Shown here: positions 46,389-56,776 of the stretch, in pieces
Layout of the letters: every line of letters begins with the position of its first letter
Numbering within the stretch: the stretch's first letter is position 1
Origin: Escherichia phage OliverMaurmann_Bas86
DNA: 64,000 nucleotides
Sequence record: PQ850622.1
Reading direction: 5' to 3' (one strand)
Translations under genes and position numbers: made by a program
Notes under the pieces: model-generated
Told to the model about the DNA's origin: nothing
Databases searched by the model: none
The model's input: only the letters and a program-made list of their open reading frames with translations

Positions 46389-46922
46389 TTATACGCCTTT
46401 AGAAGCAACAACCCCATCAGAGTTATTGTAACGACCCTTCACTGCATAGGAATCATCACCAGCGTGAGAGTGTTCAAACATAACCATTTGACCAACACGC
46501 ATCCCAGCACGAACTCGTAAGCTGTGATTGTGGGTAACGTTATGGAACTCAAAGGTTAGCTTACTGCTGTTAAACCCTGCATCAGCCCACCCAGCATGTA
46601 AGTGGTTCAAACCACAACGAGCCATTGAGGAGCGAAGTACAAACAGACTTGAGATGTTATCTGGAAGGTTAAACTCTTCCATTGAGTGCGCTAAGAAGAA
46701 TTGTCCCGGAGTGATGACAATACCATCTTCAGGGATTTTCACCTCTTTCCACTTGAGGTTTTCTTTAGCATCAATGTCAACAATGCCGTCAGCCTGTTCT
46801 TCAACAAGGATAGTATCACCAATACGGATATCCACACTAGCAGCGTTAACATATTTATGCTCCGCATCTAAAAAGCCATTATCAATAACACTGTGTAATT
46901 CTTGAGAACCTAAAAGACTCAT
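46389..46922 (-). CDS. dcd: dCTP deaminase family protein
   Basis: 177 aa; AGWADAGFNSSKLTFEFHN resembles the Dcd/dUTPase-fold GW.D.GF.G....E motif. Confidence 0.75.
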   Translation of the reverse strand: MSLLGSQELHSVIDNGFLDAEHKYVNAASVDIRIGDTILVEEQADGIVDIDAKENLKWKEVKIPEDGIVITPGQFFLAHSMEEFNLPDNISSLFVLRSSMARCGLNHLHAGWADAGFNSSKLTFEFHNVTHNHSLRVRAGMRVGQMVMFEHSHAGDDSYAVKGRYNNSDGVVASKGV

Positions 46923-48367
46923 GAGTTTCTGTTTCCTTGTACAGATGATGCCAAATTGTTAATCATGTTACGAGCTGTTTCACGAGTCAGCGTAACACCT
47001 GCTAAGTTACTATCAAGTTCACCAACTAATTCACGAGCTGTTGCTCGGAGTTCTGCACCAAGTGTAGTGTTAGAATGAGCCAGACCATTACGACGACCGA
47101 CAGGTCGAGGAGTATTGTTAGCATCATTAGCTAAAGATGCAAAACCAATACGAGCAGCTTCACGAGCGGCTATAGCTGCTACCCGATCTTCCGTAGGGGT
47201 TGGCAAATCACCAACTTCTACACGTTCTATATCACTAGAACGTAGACCCTGAACAACAGAGCTAACTGTTTCCCATGAACGACGGGAGCGCTGCAAATCA
47301 CCCATAGATGGAGAAGAAGCAGGTCGAACAGTTACTCCACCTGTATCATGAGTGACGTGCCATGTACGAGTACCCATTCCAGAAGAACGGGCACTACCAA
47401 AACTACCAGTGAAAGTATCACGAGGTGCCTCTGTAGCAGGTGCTGCGAATCTTGTCTGTTGCCAAGAGTCACGTCTGTCAGTTCCCGGAGTCCAAGGCTG
47501 CGTAATTGCTTCAGCACCTATAGTGGTTAATCCGCTAGACCATTCTGTCTGTAGATTAACTTCCTCGTCCAGATAACTACGACCCCTTTCCTGAGGAATG
47601 TTTAATATAGTTTCCATCATCTTCAGGGTATAATGATGACGCTGATTCTGATATAAATTTACACCAGCCATAGGTCCAACTAAATCACTAATCAGGTGAA
47701 CTTCTGGCTCACCGAAAGCTCCCATTGCAAGGTGCATGTATTCAGTAGAACTGCTATAAACTGCAACAGTTGCTTCAGGCCACTTCTTGTGAACATACTT
47801 CATTTCACGACTAGATACCACAGGAATGTCACGAGTGTATGACATTGCAAACAAACCTTCGTTTGACACATACAGATTACCAAGAGTCATAAACCCTTGA
47901 CAGATCATAGGAAAGCGACGGCTTAAAGTATCCATATCCAAAGGTAGATTAATCATCATCTGGATTTTAACTTGATCAATCTCAATTTCCAGAATCTCTT
48001 GGAAAGTGAAAAGCGCTTCAGCATAGGTTGTCCCGTTAACAGGCTGAATTAGTCGAGATGTAACCTGAAGCCCCTTACTTTCTGTCCAAGATAAGAAGTT
48101 GTCAAGGAATAGTGCAGCATTACCTACGTTAGCAGGGCTGTTTTCTTGACGAGTGTTCCAACGAAGCCCTCCTTGAACTAGGAAGATATCAACATCATTC
48201 GGAGTTCTATTTTGAAAGAACGTATCACGGATAGCACCACCTGCAATAACAGGATAGATGCCATCAGGGACTACGTTATCTCTGATCAAATTACGAATCA
48301 GGTCAAGCCCTACACTGAGGGCTTCTCCTTCTTGAAGGTTCAATTCAGATAGTGGAATCTTAATCAT
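46919..48367 (-). CDS. Pol-beta superfamily nucleotidyltransferase (CCA-adding/poly(A) polymerase-like head motif) with Arg/Ser/Thr-rich C-terminal tail
   Basis: 482 aa; VIAGGAIRDTFFQNRTPNDVDIF matches the GG.(V/I)RD...D.D motif; last ~200 aa low-complexity. Confidence 0.55.
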   Translation of the reverse strand: MIKIPLSELNLQEGEALSVGLDLIRNLIRDNVVPDGIYPVIAGGAIRDTFFQNRTPNDVDIFLVQGGLRWNTRQENSPANVGNAALFLDNFLSWTESKGLQVTSRLIQPVNGTTYAEALFTFQEILEIEIDQVKIQMMINLPLDMDTLSRRFPMICQGFMTLGNLYVSNEGLFAMSYTRDIPVVSSREMKYVHKKWPEATVAVYSSSTEYMHLAMGAFGEPEVHLISDLVGPMAGVNLYQNQRHHYTLKMMETILNIPQERGRSYLDEEVNLQTEWSSGLTTIGAEAITQPWTPGTDRRDSWQQTRFAAPATEAPRDTFTGSFGSARSSGMGTRTWHVTHDTGGVTVRPASSPSMGDLQRSRRSWETVSSVVQGLRSSDIERVEVGDLPTPTEDRVAAIAAREAARIGFASLANDANNTPRPVGRRNGLAHSNTTLGAELRATARELVGELDSNLAGVTLTRETARNMINNLASSVQGNRNS

Positions 48368-48369
48368 TT

Positions 48370-48918
48370 CTACATTTTCCAGTTGAGAGATGGGGGATTC
48401 TTATAATCAAATCCAGCCATTTGGCAAAGACACATGTAAACCTTAACTGTCAAGTTAACGTCTTGTTCACAATACGTGAACATGTCTTCAGTGAAAGCAT
48501 CCCATGCTTCTTCCTGTTCACCATAGTCACCCTTCAGCTCTCCCAGAAATTCGCCCCATTGCTTGAGGCCATGACCGCGAGGTCCGTGTCTAGGGTCGCC
48601 TTTGGGATATTCTGGACTGTCACCAATACGGTCAGGCTTGAGGTATCGACTCAGGCACAGGGTATCAAAGACATTAAAACGAAAAGGTATCACATGAGAG
48701 TAGAATTTAAACAAAGCAGGAAGGTCAAAATCAATAATATTGTGACCTATTACTACATCAGCTTCTTTCAGTTTGTGTAGTGCTTCTTCAATTTGGTGAG
48801 GGCGATACCCCCACCGTTCTCCAGACAGTACATCAAATATCCATATACACCAGACATTCTGAATACCATCATAGAGGTTATCACCTTCAATATCAAACGC
48901 ATACAGTTTCTTTACCAC
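48370..48918 (-). CDS. DnaQ-like 3'-5' exonuclease (stand-alone)
   Basis: 182 aa; Exo I FDIEGDN, Exo II HNIIDFD, Exo III YCEQDV; GTG start with AAGGGGAGG RBS. Confidence 0.75.
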   Translation of the reverse strand: MVKKLYAFDIEGDNLYDGIQNVWCIWIFDVLSGERWGYRPHQIEEALHKLKEADVVIGHNIIDFDLPALFKFYSHVIPFRFNVFDTLCLSRYLKPDRIGDSPEYPKGDPRHGPRGHGLKQWGEFLGELKGDYGEQEEAWDAFTEDMFTYCEQDVNLTVKVYMCLCQMAGFDYKNPPSLNWKM

Positions 48919-50702
48919 GGACGTGCCTCCCCTTCTTGTGAAAGTAAGGAAGCTGCATCTTCTCCGTTGGTGACTGTAAACGGATTATCTTCATCAACTT
49001 CATGATCTTCTCGTTCCACAAGACGACCTGTTTCGTTAATGTATTTGGTATAGCAAACCCCTGTCTGTCCATAGTTACGCTCTTTGAGCAGACGTATGAT
49101 TGACAAGTTTTTACCTAACCCATCCGCTTGTTTATTACGTTCGAAACCGATAATACATTGACACCAGCGCATTAATGAACGTGAGCCAGTAAACTGTACT
49201 TCTTTAACCTGACCACCTTCTTCGTGAGGGGCACCGCCCGCCGGAGCATTCAAGTGAGATAACACAAAAGCAGTGAAGTCTAATTCCTTACACATACCAG
49301 CAAGCTCTGAAGCAATCTTACTGATTTCTGTATTCACTTCGGATGGAGTTAAGTGAGATACCAATGCAGTGATGTTATCAAGAATGATAAATTTACACTG
49401 ATTCTCAACTACCCAAAAGCGAATACACTGCTTAATGTCTTCCCATTCGTTCTGCCCAAAGTTGTCATACAAGAAAAACTTATCAGCGTATCGAAGTGCT
49501 TCATCTCGTAGCTGGCTTTCTTCGTACTCAACATCTGGTCGGTGGAAAGGTACAGATGCTGACTTACCTGCAATGTTCTTAACAGACATGCCTACCTTCT
49601 CTTCCAAGAAGAAGCCACCACCATTAAAACCATGCTCAAGGCAAAGCCATGCTACCAGTTCGTGTGCGATTAAGGTTTTACCTGAACCAACACCACCGCC
49701 GATTGCAACCATCTCTCCCCAACGAATACCGAAAGTCATGTCGTTAAGAGTTTTCCACGGATAAGGGATACCCCACTCCGCTTTCTTCAGAGCATCTTCA
49801 AGGCAATCAAAAACTGTAACAGCGCCGGCAGGAGATTCCCGCTTAGCTGAATATTTCAGATTGTTGAAAAGCTCTTGACCTCTCCCTGCAAGTAACATGT
49901 CGTTTGCATCTTTGATTTCCTTTTCTTGTCCGTTATAAGTGAACGTACCTTTTGGAATTCTTGCAAACTTGACATGTGGGTACAGAGAACGACCTTTAGT
50001 CAATGCAATCTCTCCTGCATCATCATTGTCCATGCAGAGTACAATCTCCTCGAAACCATTAATAAAATCACGATTTCTTGACAACACAGAAGAGATTGAA
50101 CCTGCACCGAACGGAAGAGAGACACAAGCAGGTTTGATATTAGTTGCGTTTGTGAACGCAGTAAGTACGTGGAATCCAGACATACAAGAGAGTGGGTCTT
50201 CGAAGATGAAGAGCTTCTTATTGTAAACATCGCCACGTTGTGCTTGAGCCATACCAAATAAGTCGGCTTCTTTCACATTACCTACATAATAGAACTTCTT
50301 GCTGTCTAGAAGTTTTACTTCATATCCAACAATATTCCCATCACGTTCACGAGGGAAGAAGTAGCTGTCAGGAGTTTGACCGTCTGTTTGACTTAAACCA
50401 ATACGGCATCCATAACGTTCAGATACAGCTTTAGGAATTAAGCGACGAGTCAATTCTCCCTGAGGAAGCTCTAAGCAATCGTCTAAGACTTCTCGGAGTT
50501 CTTCAGGGGACAGCTCTTTCTTTTCATTAGGGGTGGGCGTCGTTCCTTTCTCGAAGATTTCATACGCACCACATCTGTTACATGAACCCCACTCCTCACC
50601 GGACTCTTCATTTCGGAAGAGAATCATGTGATTGCGGGTCTTATCACGACCATGAGAGATACACTCTTTACAGCCCGTGTCTCCCAAAATGATCTTTGAC
50701 AT
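48912..50702 (-). CDS. Primase-helicase (zinc-finger + TOPRIM primase + DnaB-like helicase)
   Basis: 596 aa; N-terminal Cys4 finger, C-terminal Walker [10 protein letters not shown]; GGAGG RBS. Confidence 0.9.
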   Translation of the reverse strand: MSKIILGDTGCKECISHGRDKTRNHMILFRNEESGEEWGSCNRCGAYEIFEKGTTPTPNEKKELSPEELREVLDDCLELPQGELTRRLIPKAVSERYGCRIGLSQTDGQTPDSYFFPRERDGNIVGYEVKLLDSKKFYYVGNVKEADLFGMAQAQRGDVYNKKLFIFEDPLSCMSGFHVLTAFTNATNIKPACVSLPFGAGSISSVLSRNRDFINGFEEIVLCMDNDDAGEIALTKGRSLYPHVKFARIPKGTFTYNGQEKEIKDANDMLLAGRGQELFNNLKYSAKRESPAGAVTVFDCLEDALKKAEWGIPYPWKTLNDMTFGIRWGEMVAIGGGVGSGKTLIAHELVAWLCLEHGFNGGGFFLEEKVGMSVKNIAGKSASVPFHRPDVEYEESQLRDEALRYADKFFLYDNFGQNEWEDIKQCIRFWVVENQCKFIILDNITALVSHLTPSEVNTEISKIASELAGMCKELDFTAFVLSHLNAPAGGAPHEEGGQVKEVQFTGSRSLMRWCQCIIGFERNKQADGLGKNLSIIRLLKERNYGQTGVCYTKYINETGRLVEREDHEVDEDNPFTVTNGEDAASLLSQEGEARPW

Positions 50703-50737
50703 GCTCTATCCTCCTTGGAATTCCTTGAGCAATCTTC

Positions 50738-50944
50738 TTAGTAAAACGATCGTATTTCTTCCCACACATCATCTTGCAAGTTTCTAAAACCCTGCAAGGT
50801 TTGCTTTGTTCTGTGAATAAATTCTTCAGAGTGCTTATCAGGTGTGAGCATACTGACAAACTTTTCATAGCGATTAATCTTCCACCGCATCTTCAAGTAG
50901 TCAGATTCCAGCTTTCTTAACTTCTGCCTGTCAGTTACTGTCAT
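50738..50944 (-). CDS. Hypothetical small protein
   Basis: Start refined to the internal ATG (MTVTDRQ...) just after the upstream stop. Confidence 0.3.
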   Translation of the reverse strand: MTVTDRQKLRKLESDYLKMRWKINRYEKFVSMLTPDKHSEEFIHRTKQTLQGFRNLQDDVWEEIRSFY

Positions 50945-51362
50945 CCTTCTCACCTGCCAGATATGCTGTCCAGTCACCAGATTCAACCAGAACATCTTGT
51001 TCTTCGTCGATGTGATAAATCCACGCTTCCACAGTTTCACCGCTGTCCAATAATACTGGAATCAGCGTACGCTTATAAAAGGTGTATGGGTTATCATTGC
51101 CACGGTGACCTTCCAGACCGTCATATGGGCCTTCCAGACCAGCTTGGGTTGTTTCAAAGACTTCTACACGAACAGGCTTACCATTGCTGTCATGCTCCAA
51201 AGATACACTTGGGAAGTATGCTGTGCAATACTGATACAGGTTACAGTTGTTTACTGTCCACCCTTCACCAATAGACACACCACCTGCACGAGCATTGATA
51301 GCATGGTTGTGTTGACCTTTTCTCAAGCTTCCGTAAGTTGCAACTAGTACTTTATCAGACAT
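50931..51362 (-). CDS. Gamma-glutamyl cyclotransferase-like (AIG2/GGCT fold) protein
   Basis: 143 aa; N-terminal VATYGSLRKG (YGSL hallmark) and later acidic residues. Confidence 0.65.
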   Translation of the reverse strand: MSDKVLVATYGSLRKGQHNHAINARAGGVSIGEGWTVNNCNLYQYCTAYFPSVSLEHDSNGKPVRVEVFETTQAGLEGPYDGLEGHRGNDNPYTFYKRTLIPVLLDSGETVEAWIYHIDEEQDVLVESGDWTAYLAGEKDDSN

Positions 51363-51428
51363 TATATTACCTTTTAGTGTTTCAGTTAAATTCGAACTAG
51401 CCTCCTCTTTCGAAGAGGCTAAAGCAAA

Positions 51429-51614
51429 TTATTCTACTTCGAAGTGTTTGATCACACCAGTCAACACATCAGATTGGAATGTACCCACTAGCTCTGTACC
51501 TCGGAAGAAGTTAACACTTGTTCCAAGTGATTCAAAGCGATCTGCTTGAATGTCCAGAGATTGAATATTTCCTTCTGCTGACATTGTACGAAACATGATT
51601 GTGTATTTATTCAC
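51429..51614 (-). CDS. Hypothetical small protein
   Basis: 61 aa ORF. Confidence 0.3.
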   Translation of the reverse strand: MNKYTIMFRTMSAEGNIQSLDIQADRFESLGTSVNFFRGTELVGTFQSDVLTGVIKHFEVE

Positions 51615-51853
51615 AGACTTGTTACTCCCTTATCTGCTTGTGCAATTGCGATGATACGCTCAGCACATTCCATTGAATATTTATCACCTCGTTTGAGGAA
51701 GGTGATGATTGCAGAGAACTGATTACCAATCATTCTCTTATTTGTGATACCGAACTCTTCACAGAGTTGGTTGATAGCTTTACGAGAGCCTACAATCAGA
51801 GGCTCTTTTTCTTCGGTCATTCCACGGCTGATCAAATCTTCGATAGACAACAT
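51611..51853 (-). CDS. Hypothetical protein
   Basis: 80 aa ORF. Confidence 0.4.
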   Translation of the reverse strand: MLSIEDLISRGMTEEKEPLIVGSRKAINQLCEEFGITNKRMIGNQFSAIITFLKRGDKYSMECAERIIAIAQADKGVTSL

Positions 51854-51879
51854 TACAAATTCCTTTTTGTTTAATTTAA

Positions 51880-53115
51880 TTACAGAGTTACTGCTACTTC
51901 GCTACCTTCAACATTGACAGACTCTAACTTGCGAGGGTTATGAATCTGTACCGGATTAACCGGAACGTTCCAACCACTACGGTAGAAGTTACGACCATCA
52001 CAGAACAAAATGACATTGGCAGACATTGCATTCGGTTGCAGGTTGTTATGGACATGACGGATATCTGCAATCCAATAACCACGAGACAAAGTGTAACCAG
52101 TAGGTGCATTACGAATAGTTTGAGTATTCATCTGACCTTCCAGTTGCATCTCTTCAGGAACTACATCTACCGAATCAACTGGCTGTGCTACCTGATCTTC
52201 CAGTGCAAAGTTTTCATCATTAGCGCTTTCGCTGTCATCTACCAACTCACCGTCTCCATCTTCAATCGGAGTCTGGTAAACCACTTTATACTGAGGAGTA
52301 TAGAGAGGGTTCTGAGCTTTAACAAACTCAAGGATGTTATGGCGGTAGGTATCCAGAGTTGTACCAGTCAGGCCCGGTGCTGTATTAACTTCCAGTACCC
52401 ACGCTTCTTGACCTTTGGTGATAATATCAACTGCACCGAAATCCAGACCCATTGATTCAACAGCTTTCACCGCATTGATCAGAGAGGCGTCATTCGGAGC
52501 ATCTGTGAAGGAGCTTGAGTAAACCCAGCCAGTGTGGTGATTACGAATATCTTCACGATAGTTAGGGTCTTCGCGATAACCATTGCGACGAATCTTCTTC
52601 TGAACATAGGTGATTACACCTTTGAACACATGAACACGCCACTCACGACGTGGGCCTTGAATGCCTTTAGTGTACAGTTCAGCTCGACCAAGACCATCAC
52701 CCGGTTCTACAACAACAATACCCGAACCAGAGTGACCAGTCAGCTCATGGCGCTCATACACAATATTACCAGTGTTTGACCACTCCTGAGCAGTCTCTTG
52801 AACATCTGTGTATTCCACAGTTTTAACACCTGCTTGGTCCATCACACTGAAAGCACGACGTTTGTTCGCTGCCATATATAAGGCTGCGGTACGGTTAAGG
52901 ACGGTTGCAGAACCAAAGAATGATTCAGGATAGCGACGGTTCCCGTAGTTAACAACCACATCACCTTCACGAGAACGCCAGCGGCTATTCTCTGAAAGAA
53001 GACCCATCACGTTAGCATTGATGCGTTCATCACGGATAGTATCACTGATAGCAGATACTAGAGCGTTAACAGAATCAGACGGGCCATACGGAAGAACACG
53101 GATACGAGTAGTCAT
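51880..53115 (-). CDS. ATP-grasp enzyme (RimK-like ligase) with extra C-terminal domain
   Basis: 411 aa; ELTGHSGSGIVVV, EWRVHVFKG, WVLEVNTAPGL; acidic linker then ~120-aa C-terminal region. Confidence 0.85.
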   Translation of the reverse strand: MTTRIRVLPYGPSDSVNALVSAISDTIRDERINANVMGLLSENSRWRSREGDVVVNYGNRRYPESFFGSATVLNRTAALYMAANKRRAFSVMDQAGVKTVEYTDVQETAQEWSNTGNIVYERHELTGHSGSGIVVVEPGDGLGRAELYTKGIQGPRREWRVHVFKGVITYVQKKIRRNGYREDPNYREDIRNHHTGWVYSSSFTDAPNDASLINAVKAVESMGLDFGAVDIITKGQEAWVLEVNTAPGLTGTTLDTYRHNILEFVKAQNPLYTPQYKVVYQTPIEDGDGELVDDSESANDENFALEDQVAQPVDSVDVVPEEMQLEGQMNTQTIRNAPTGYTLSRGYWIADIRHVHNNLQPNAMSANVILFCDGRNFYRSGWNVPVNPVQIHNPRKLESVNVEGSEVAVTL

Positions 53116-53117
53116 TT

Positions 53118-53348
53118 TTAGATACCTTTTAGTTTAAGAATTTCGTTACGACAGGATTGAATTTTAGCTTCGATTGCCCAATACTCAGCGAACATTTCGT
53201 CTTCTTGGGCATCGCTTGGAGAGTCAATTAAGTTAAAAGCAAACGGATACAGCTTTCGCTGCTCCGTTACCAGTTGTTGAAGTCGGAGTTGTTGATACTC
53301 CAGCATTGTCAGGTGAGGCTTAGCTCCCTTGCTTGACATGAGGCTCAA
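53118..53348 (-). CDS. Hypothetical small protein
   Basis: 76 aa ORF. Confidence 0.35.
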   Translation of the reverse strand: MSLMSSKGAKPHLTMLEYQQLRLQQLVTEQRKLYPFAFNLIDSPSDAQEDEMFAEYWAIEAKIQSCRNEILKLKGI

Positions 53349-53553
53349 CTTTAATCCCCTTCATTTTAACATAGTCAGCCAACACGTTATTGATAACGGT
53401 TGGAAAAGGGATTTCTACTGGAGAGTCAACCAGCTTCCCAATACCTTCTTGCATCCACTTCTGGATTGCTCGGAGGTTATCACATCCTGTGCTTGTCATC
53501 GGAATACGGCGGGTAGTTACCACGTTATCCAACATCAGTTTACGAACTTCCAT
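53320..53553 (-). CDS. Hypothetical small protein
   Basis: 77 aa ORF. Confidence 0.35.
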   Translation of the reverse strand: MEVRKLMLDNVVTTRRIPMTSTGCDNLRAIQKWMQEGIGKLVDSPVEIPFPTVINNVLADYVKMKGIKVEPHVKQGS

Positions 53554-53564
53554 AACTATACCTC

Positions 53565-55598
53565 TTAGTGTTTACCTTTACAGTAATCTGAATTACAGAT
53601 CACCCTGTTTTCTTTGTTCAGTGAGCAAGTTTCTGCATCACGCCACGGAATTTGTTTATAACAGACTGCACAAAACCCAATTGAAGTCCAGAGGGCTTTT
53701 GTAAACTCAGCTGTTCGTTGTCCATCGTAACTGACAACTGTTTTTCGGAGAGAGGTTGACTTTTCTGGAAATGTCTCCGCTTTCTCAGCGGGTACCTCCT
53801 TTGGGGCATTCTTTGGACCATAAACAGAGATGGCATAAGTATCACCACCACGTTTTTCCAAATACGAATTAGGAACATCTGCAAGTGTGATGTCCCCTGA
53901 ACGTTTTGCTGAGCTGACCATTACAATCATACGGCTAAGCATACGTTCATCAACACGAACAGCTACTTCAGGACGACGTGGGTTGGTTGTGTCTACTGCT
54001 TTAGTCCAAATATAACCTTCAGATAGAGTAACATTCTTTACTTTATCTTTGATTTCTTTGGAGCAGATATAACAAACGTCTTCACCACGAAGTTTACTCA
54101 TTTCGTTGTCAAACTCGAAATCAGTCTTGACTTCACCACAGATAGCACATACACCCAAAGGCACATCTTCTTCCTCTTCAGAGGTTTTAGATAACGCTTC
54201 GAAGCATTCTGGATGCCAGTATGCCTGATAAGCAAACACAGCCTTACGAGCATCTTTCCAGTCAATGTGCTTATCACAACCACCACAGTCACCATGAGAG
54301 TGAGATTCCCAGAACTTACGAGTGACTTCTACACCATTCTTAGTGATGAAGGAGTCCTCTGCATCAAAAGGGATATCATCATCAAAATCAGCAGTAGTGC
54401 TTTGAGGCTCCTTATCTGTAGCATCAACAAACAGCCCTGAAGTTAGTACGAGGCGAATCATACTGTCCACTTCGGAGATACAAGCGATTGTCCCGCGATA
54501 TACTACCTTTGGGTTTTCAAGAGCCTTAAGATATTCATCTTTGGCTACGTTGTGAACATCCCCTTCGACATACTCTTGGGCTTTATCATCGTAGATGTAA
54601 CCAACCATCTTACCACGATCTGTGTTGTTATAAGCATGGAACTCGTGAGGAGTAATATCCACACGACCATCACGACGATAAGGAAGACCACGATCGGCAG
54701 CCAGTTTGTTCTGGTCTTCAATCGCTTTACGACGACGAATGTCTCCGCTTGTCACGCCGGGCTTGTCGTCTTTGTTTCCGTAAATGTCGCTTGTGCTGCT
54801 GCTTGGTTTGTTTGTCTGTTGGTTCTGATAAAGAGAGGAGTTCGAGTAATAGCCGCCCCAGCGACTCGTTACCGTAAAAACCGGAAGCTTGTGCTCCACC
54901 TCTTGAACCAGAGTCATACGACTGTTAGACACATCAAAGATATACTCAGTTCCCACTTTACACTCGAAGTGGTCATTGATACGGTTCTTGTGGGATTTAG
55001 AACGCTCTAAAATCCACATAAGCATAGCTTCTTCAGAAGCCCCAAACCAATCCAAACCACAGCGGGCTAGGTGGAAAGGACGCTCATCATTACGGATAAT
55101 GTGAAGCGTGTTGTCTTTAGCATCATGCCAAATCAAAGTGAATGCACCATCCAGTTTTTGGATAGTCTCTGCTGCTCCAATGGTGTTAATTGAGTGGCAG
55201 ATGTTTTCACTATCAACTTCGAAACGCTTACTGTCAGGAAGGAGATCTTGATCTAACAGGGTTCCATTATGAACCAGAGTAATATCCCCGTGAGTAAATG
55301 GGTGAGCATTTCGAGCATTGACAGCCCCACGAGTGGCATGTCGGCTGTGACCAACAATCCACGAAGGAGGAACTACGTAGTTCGTAAGCCCTTTGGTAAT
55401 ATTTGTATATTCTGTCTGGAGCATAAAAGCATAAGAAGGAAGAGCTTCTTTATAAGAGAAGACTTGCTTTTCACCTTTACGCTGACCAAACACACCAGTT
55501 GAGTGCTGTCCACGGAAAACACCAGCATACAGAAGTTGGTTGAAAATGTCCAAATCTGCTGAGGTCATGTTGCCGCCAGCTAATACGATACCACAAAT
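53565..55598 (-). CDS. Class-II (Ntn-type) glutamine amidotransferase domain protein with Cys-rich C-terminal region; predicted ATT start
   Basis: IVGHSRHATRGAVNARNAHPF resembles the GlmS-type motif. Frame is open 10 codons upstream of the ATG, encoding (start)-CGIVLAGGN; ATT at 55598-55596 sits 7 nt after AGGTGGA. Confidence 0.75.
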   Translation of the reverse strand: MCGIVLAGGNMTSADLDIFNQLLYAGVFRGQHSTGVFGQRKGEKQVFSYKEALPSYAFMLQTEYTNITKGLTNYVVPPSWIVGHSRHATRGAVNARNAHPFTHGDITLVHNGTLLDQDLLPDSKRFEVDSENICHSINTIGAAETIQKLDGAFTLIWHDAKDNTLHIIRNDERPFHLARCGLDWFGASEEAMLMWILERSKSHKNRINDHFECKVGTEYIFDVSNSRMTLVQEVEHKLPVFTVTSRWGGYYSNSSLYQNQQTNKPSSSTSDIYGNKDDKPGVTSGDIRRRKAIEDQNKLAADRGLPYRRDGRVDITPHEFHAYNNTDRGKMVGYIYDDKAQEYVEGDVHNVAKDEYLKALENPKVVYRGTIACISEVDSMIRLVLTSGLFVDATDKEPQSTTADFDDDIPFDAEDSFITKNGVEVTRKFWESHSHGDCGGCDKHIDWKDARKAVFAYQAYWHPECFEALSKTSEEEEDVPLGVCAICGEVKTDFEFDNEMSKLRGEDVCYICSKEIKDKVKNVTLSEGYIWTKAVDTTNPRRPEVAVRVDERMLSRMIVMVSSAKRSGDITLADVPNSYLEKRGGDTYAISVYGPKNAPKEVPAEKAETFPEKSTSLRKTVVSYDGQRTAEFTKALWTSIGFCAVCYKQIPWRDAETCSLNKENRVICNSDYCKGKH

Positions 55599-55675
55599 TT
55601 TCTAATCCACCTGAAGGGTAAACCCTTTCATCTAATTAACCTTTAAATGCGCCCTGTATAAGAGCGCCCGTTGTG

Positions 55676-56776
55676 TTACAGCAGTCGTTCTAATTGCATT
55701 TCCAGAAGGTCTGGAATATAACCAGTGACGTTATCATCACTGCTACCTGATTCACGCATCAATGCAAACATGTGACGAATTTCACGAACCGTTGCGATTC
55801 GAGTGCTTTCAATCTGAGGGGTGTAGTAGGTCATGATCTCTTCGTAGACACTGTTGGCATTACCGCGCACATATCCCAAGAAACCATAGAAGTCATTCAT
55901 ATCACGTAAGTTGATAAGGACTTCACCATCAGGGCCAGTCTGTTGCACACGAACACGACCAACCAAAGTCACAGATTGCTCACGACAGAAGAGAATATCA
56001 CGAGCAAGACGATACCCTTCAGTGAGATCACTGTCTCTTGGAGTATAGTCTAGGGGTAGATGTTGAATCATAGGAGCGAAGCGCAGCTCATTCAACTTCT
56101 CAACATAAGCTTCATTGTCTAAATCTGCATATTCAACAGCCAGTTTCTTGAGAACCAAGAAGCGGTTGACCAGATTCAGAAGTTGGCTCTTTTTCCACTT
56201 CGGCTCTGAGATACGGAACTCAACAGAACCAAATTGAGATAGAGGCAAAAGATTAAGGGAGGTATATTTATCCCAGCTATTAACAAGAGAGTGGAAGAAA
56301 GCTTCCCCGTCTCGGTTGAACGCTGACGAAGCATTCATAACTTGTGCTTGAACGACAGCAAAAGCTGGACAGAAGTTGCTACGATAGCGATGGTATCCAG
56401 AACATTTGAACATCATCTTTTCATAGAACGTCCATCCAAGAATAACTTTCTTAAGGATGTTACTATCAGCGTCACGCATATCCATATGAACATGAGTGGA
56501 GCAGCGCCAAGTTCCCTCGGCTCCAGAATCCTGTACTGCTTCACTCAGATTGTTAATAGCACGAAGTAATTCTTCACCGTTGTAAGGTCGTGCACATACT
56601 AATTCACAACCATCACGAAGAGAGCCATCTTCAGTACAAACCCACATATCAGCGTCAATGTCAGTTGTACCTTCGACTTCTAACTCAATACCAACACCAC
56701 ACTGAAAAGCAATACTTGGATGCGGTTCAGATAAGCGAGGGTTACGGTATCCAAAAACTTGTGCTACGGTTGTCAT
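55676..56776 (-). CDS. Glutamine synthetase-like amidoligase (carboxylate-amine ligase)
   Basis: 366 aa; GIELEVEG, STHVHMDM, GSVEFRISEP. Confidence 0.55.
   Translation of the reverse strand: MTTVAQVFGYRNPRLSEPHPSIAFQCGVGIELEVEGTTDIDADMWVCTEDGSLRDGCELVCARPYNGEELLRAINNLSEAVQDSGAEGTWRCSTHVHMDMRDADSNILKKVILGWTFYEKMMFKCSGYHRYRSNFCPAFAVVQAQVMNASSAFNRDGEAFFHSLVNSWDKYTSLNLLPLSQFGSVEFRISEPKWKKSQLLNLVNRFLVLKKLAVEYADLDNEAYVEKLNELRFAPMIQHLPLDYTPRDSDLTEGYRLARDILFCREQSVTLVGRVRVQQTGPDGEVLINLRDMNDFYGFLGYVRGNANSVYEEIMTYYTPQIESTRIATVREIRHMFALMRESGSSDDNVTGYIPDLLEMQLERLL

Noticed and set aside
50668-50868. 66-aa ORF overlapping the primase-helicase start and the neighbouring small gene
   Set aside because: Overlaps two better-supported genes on the same strand with no RBS; probably spurious.
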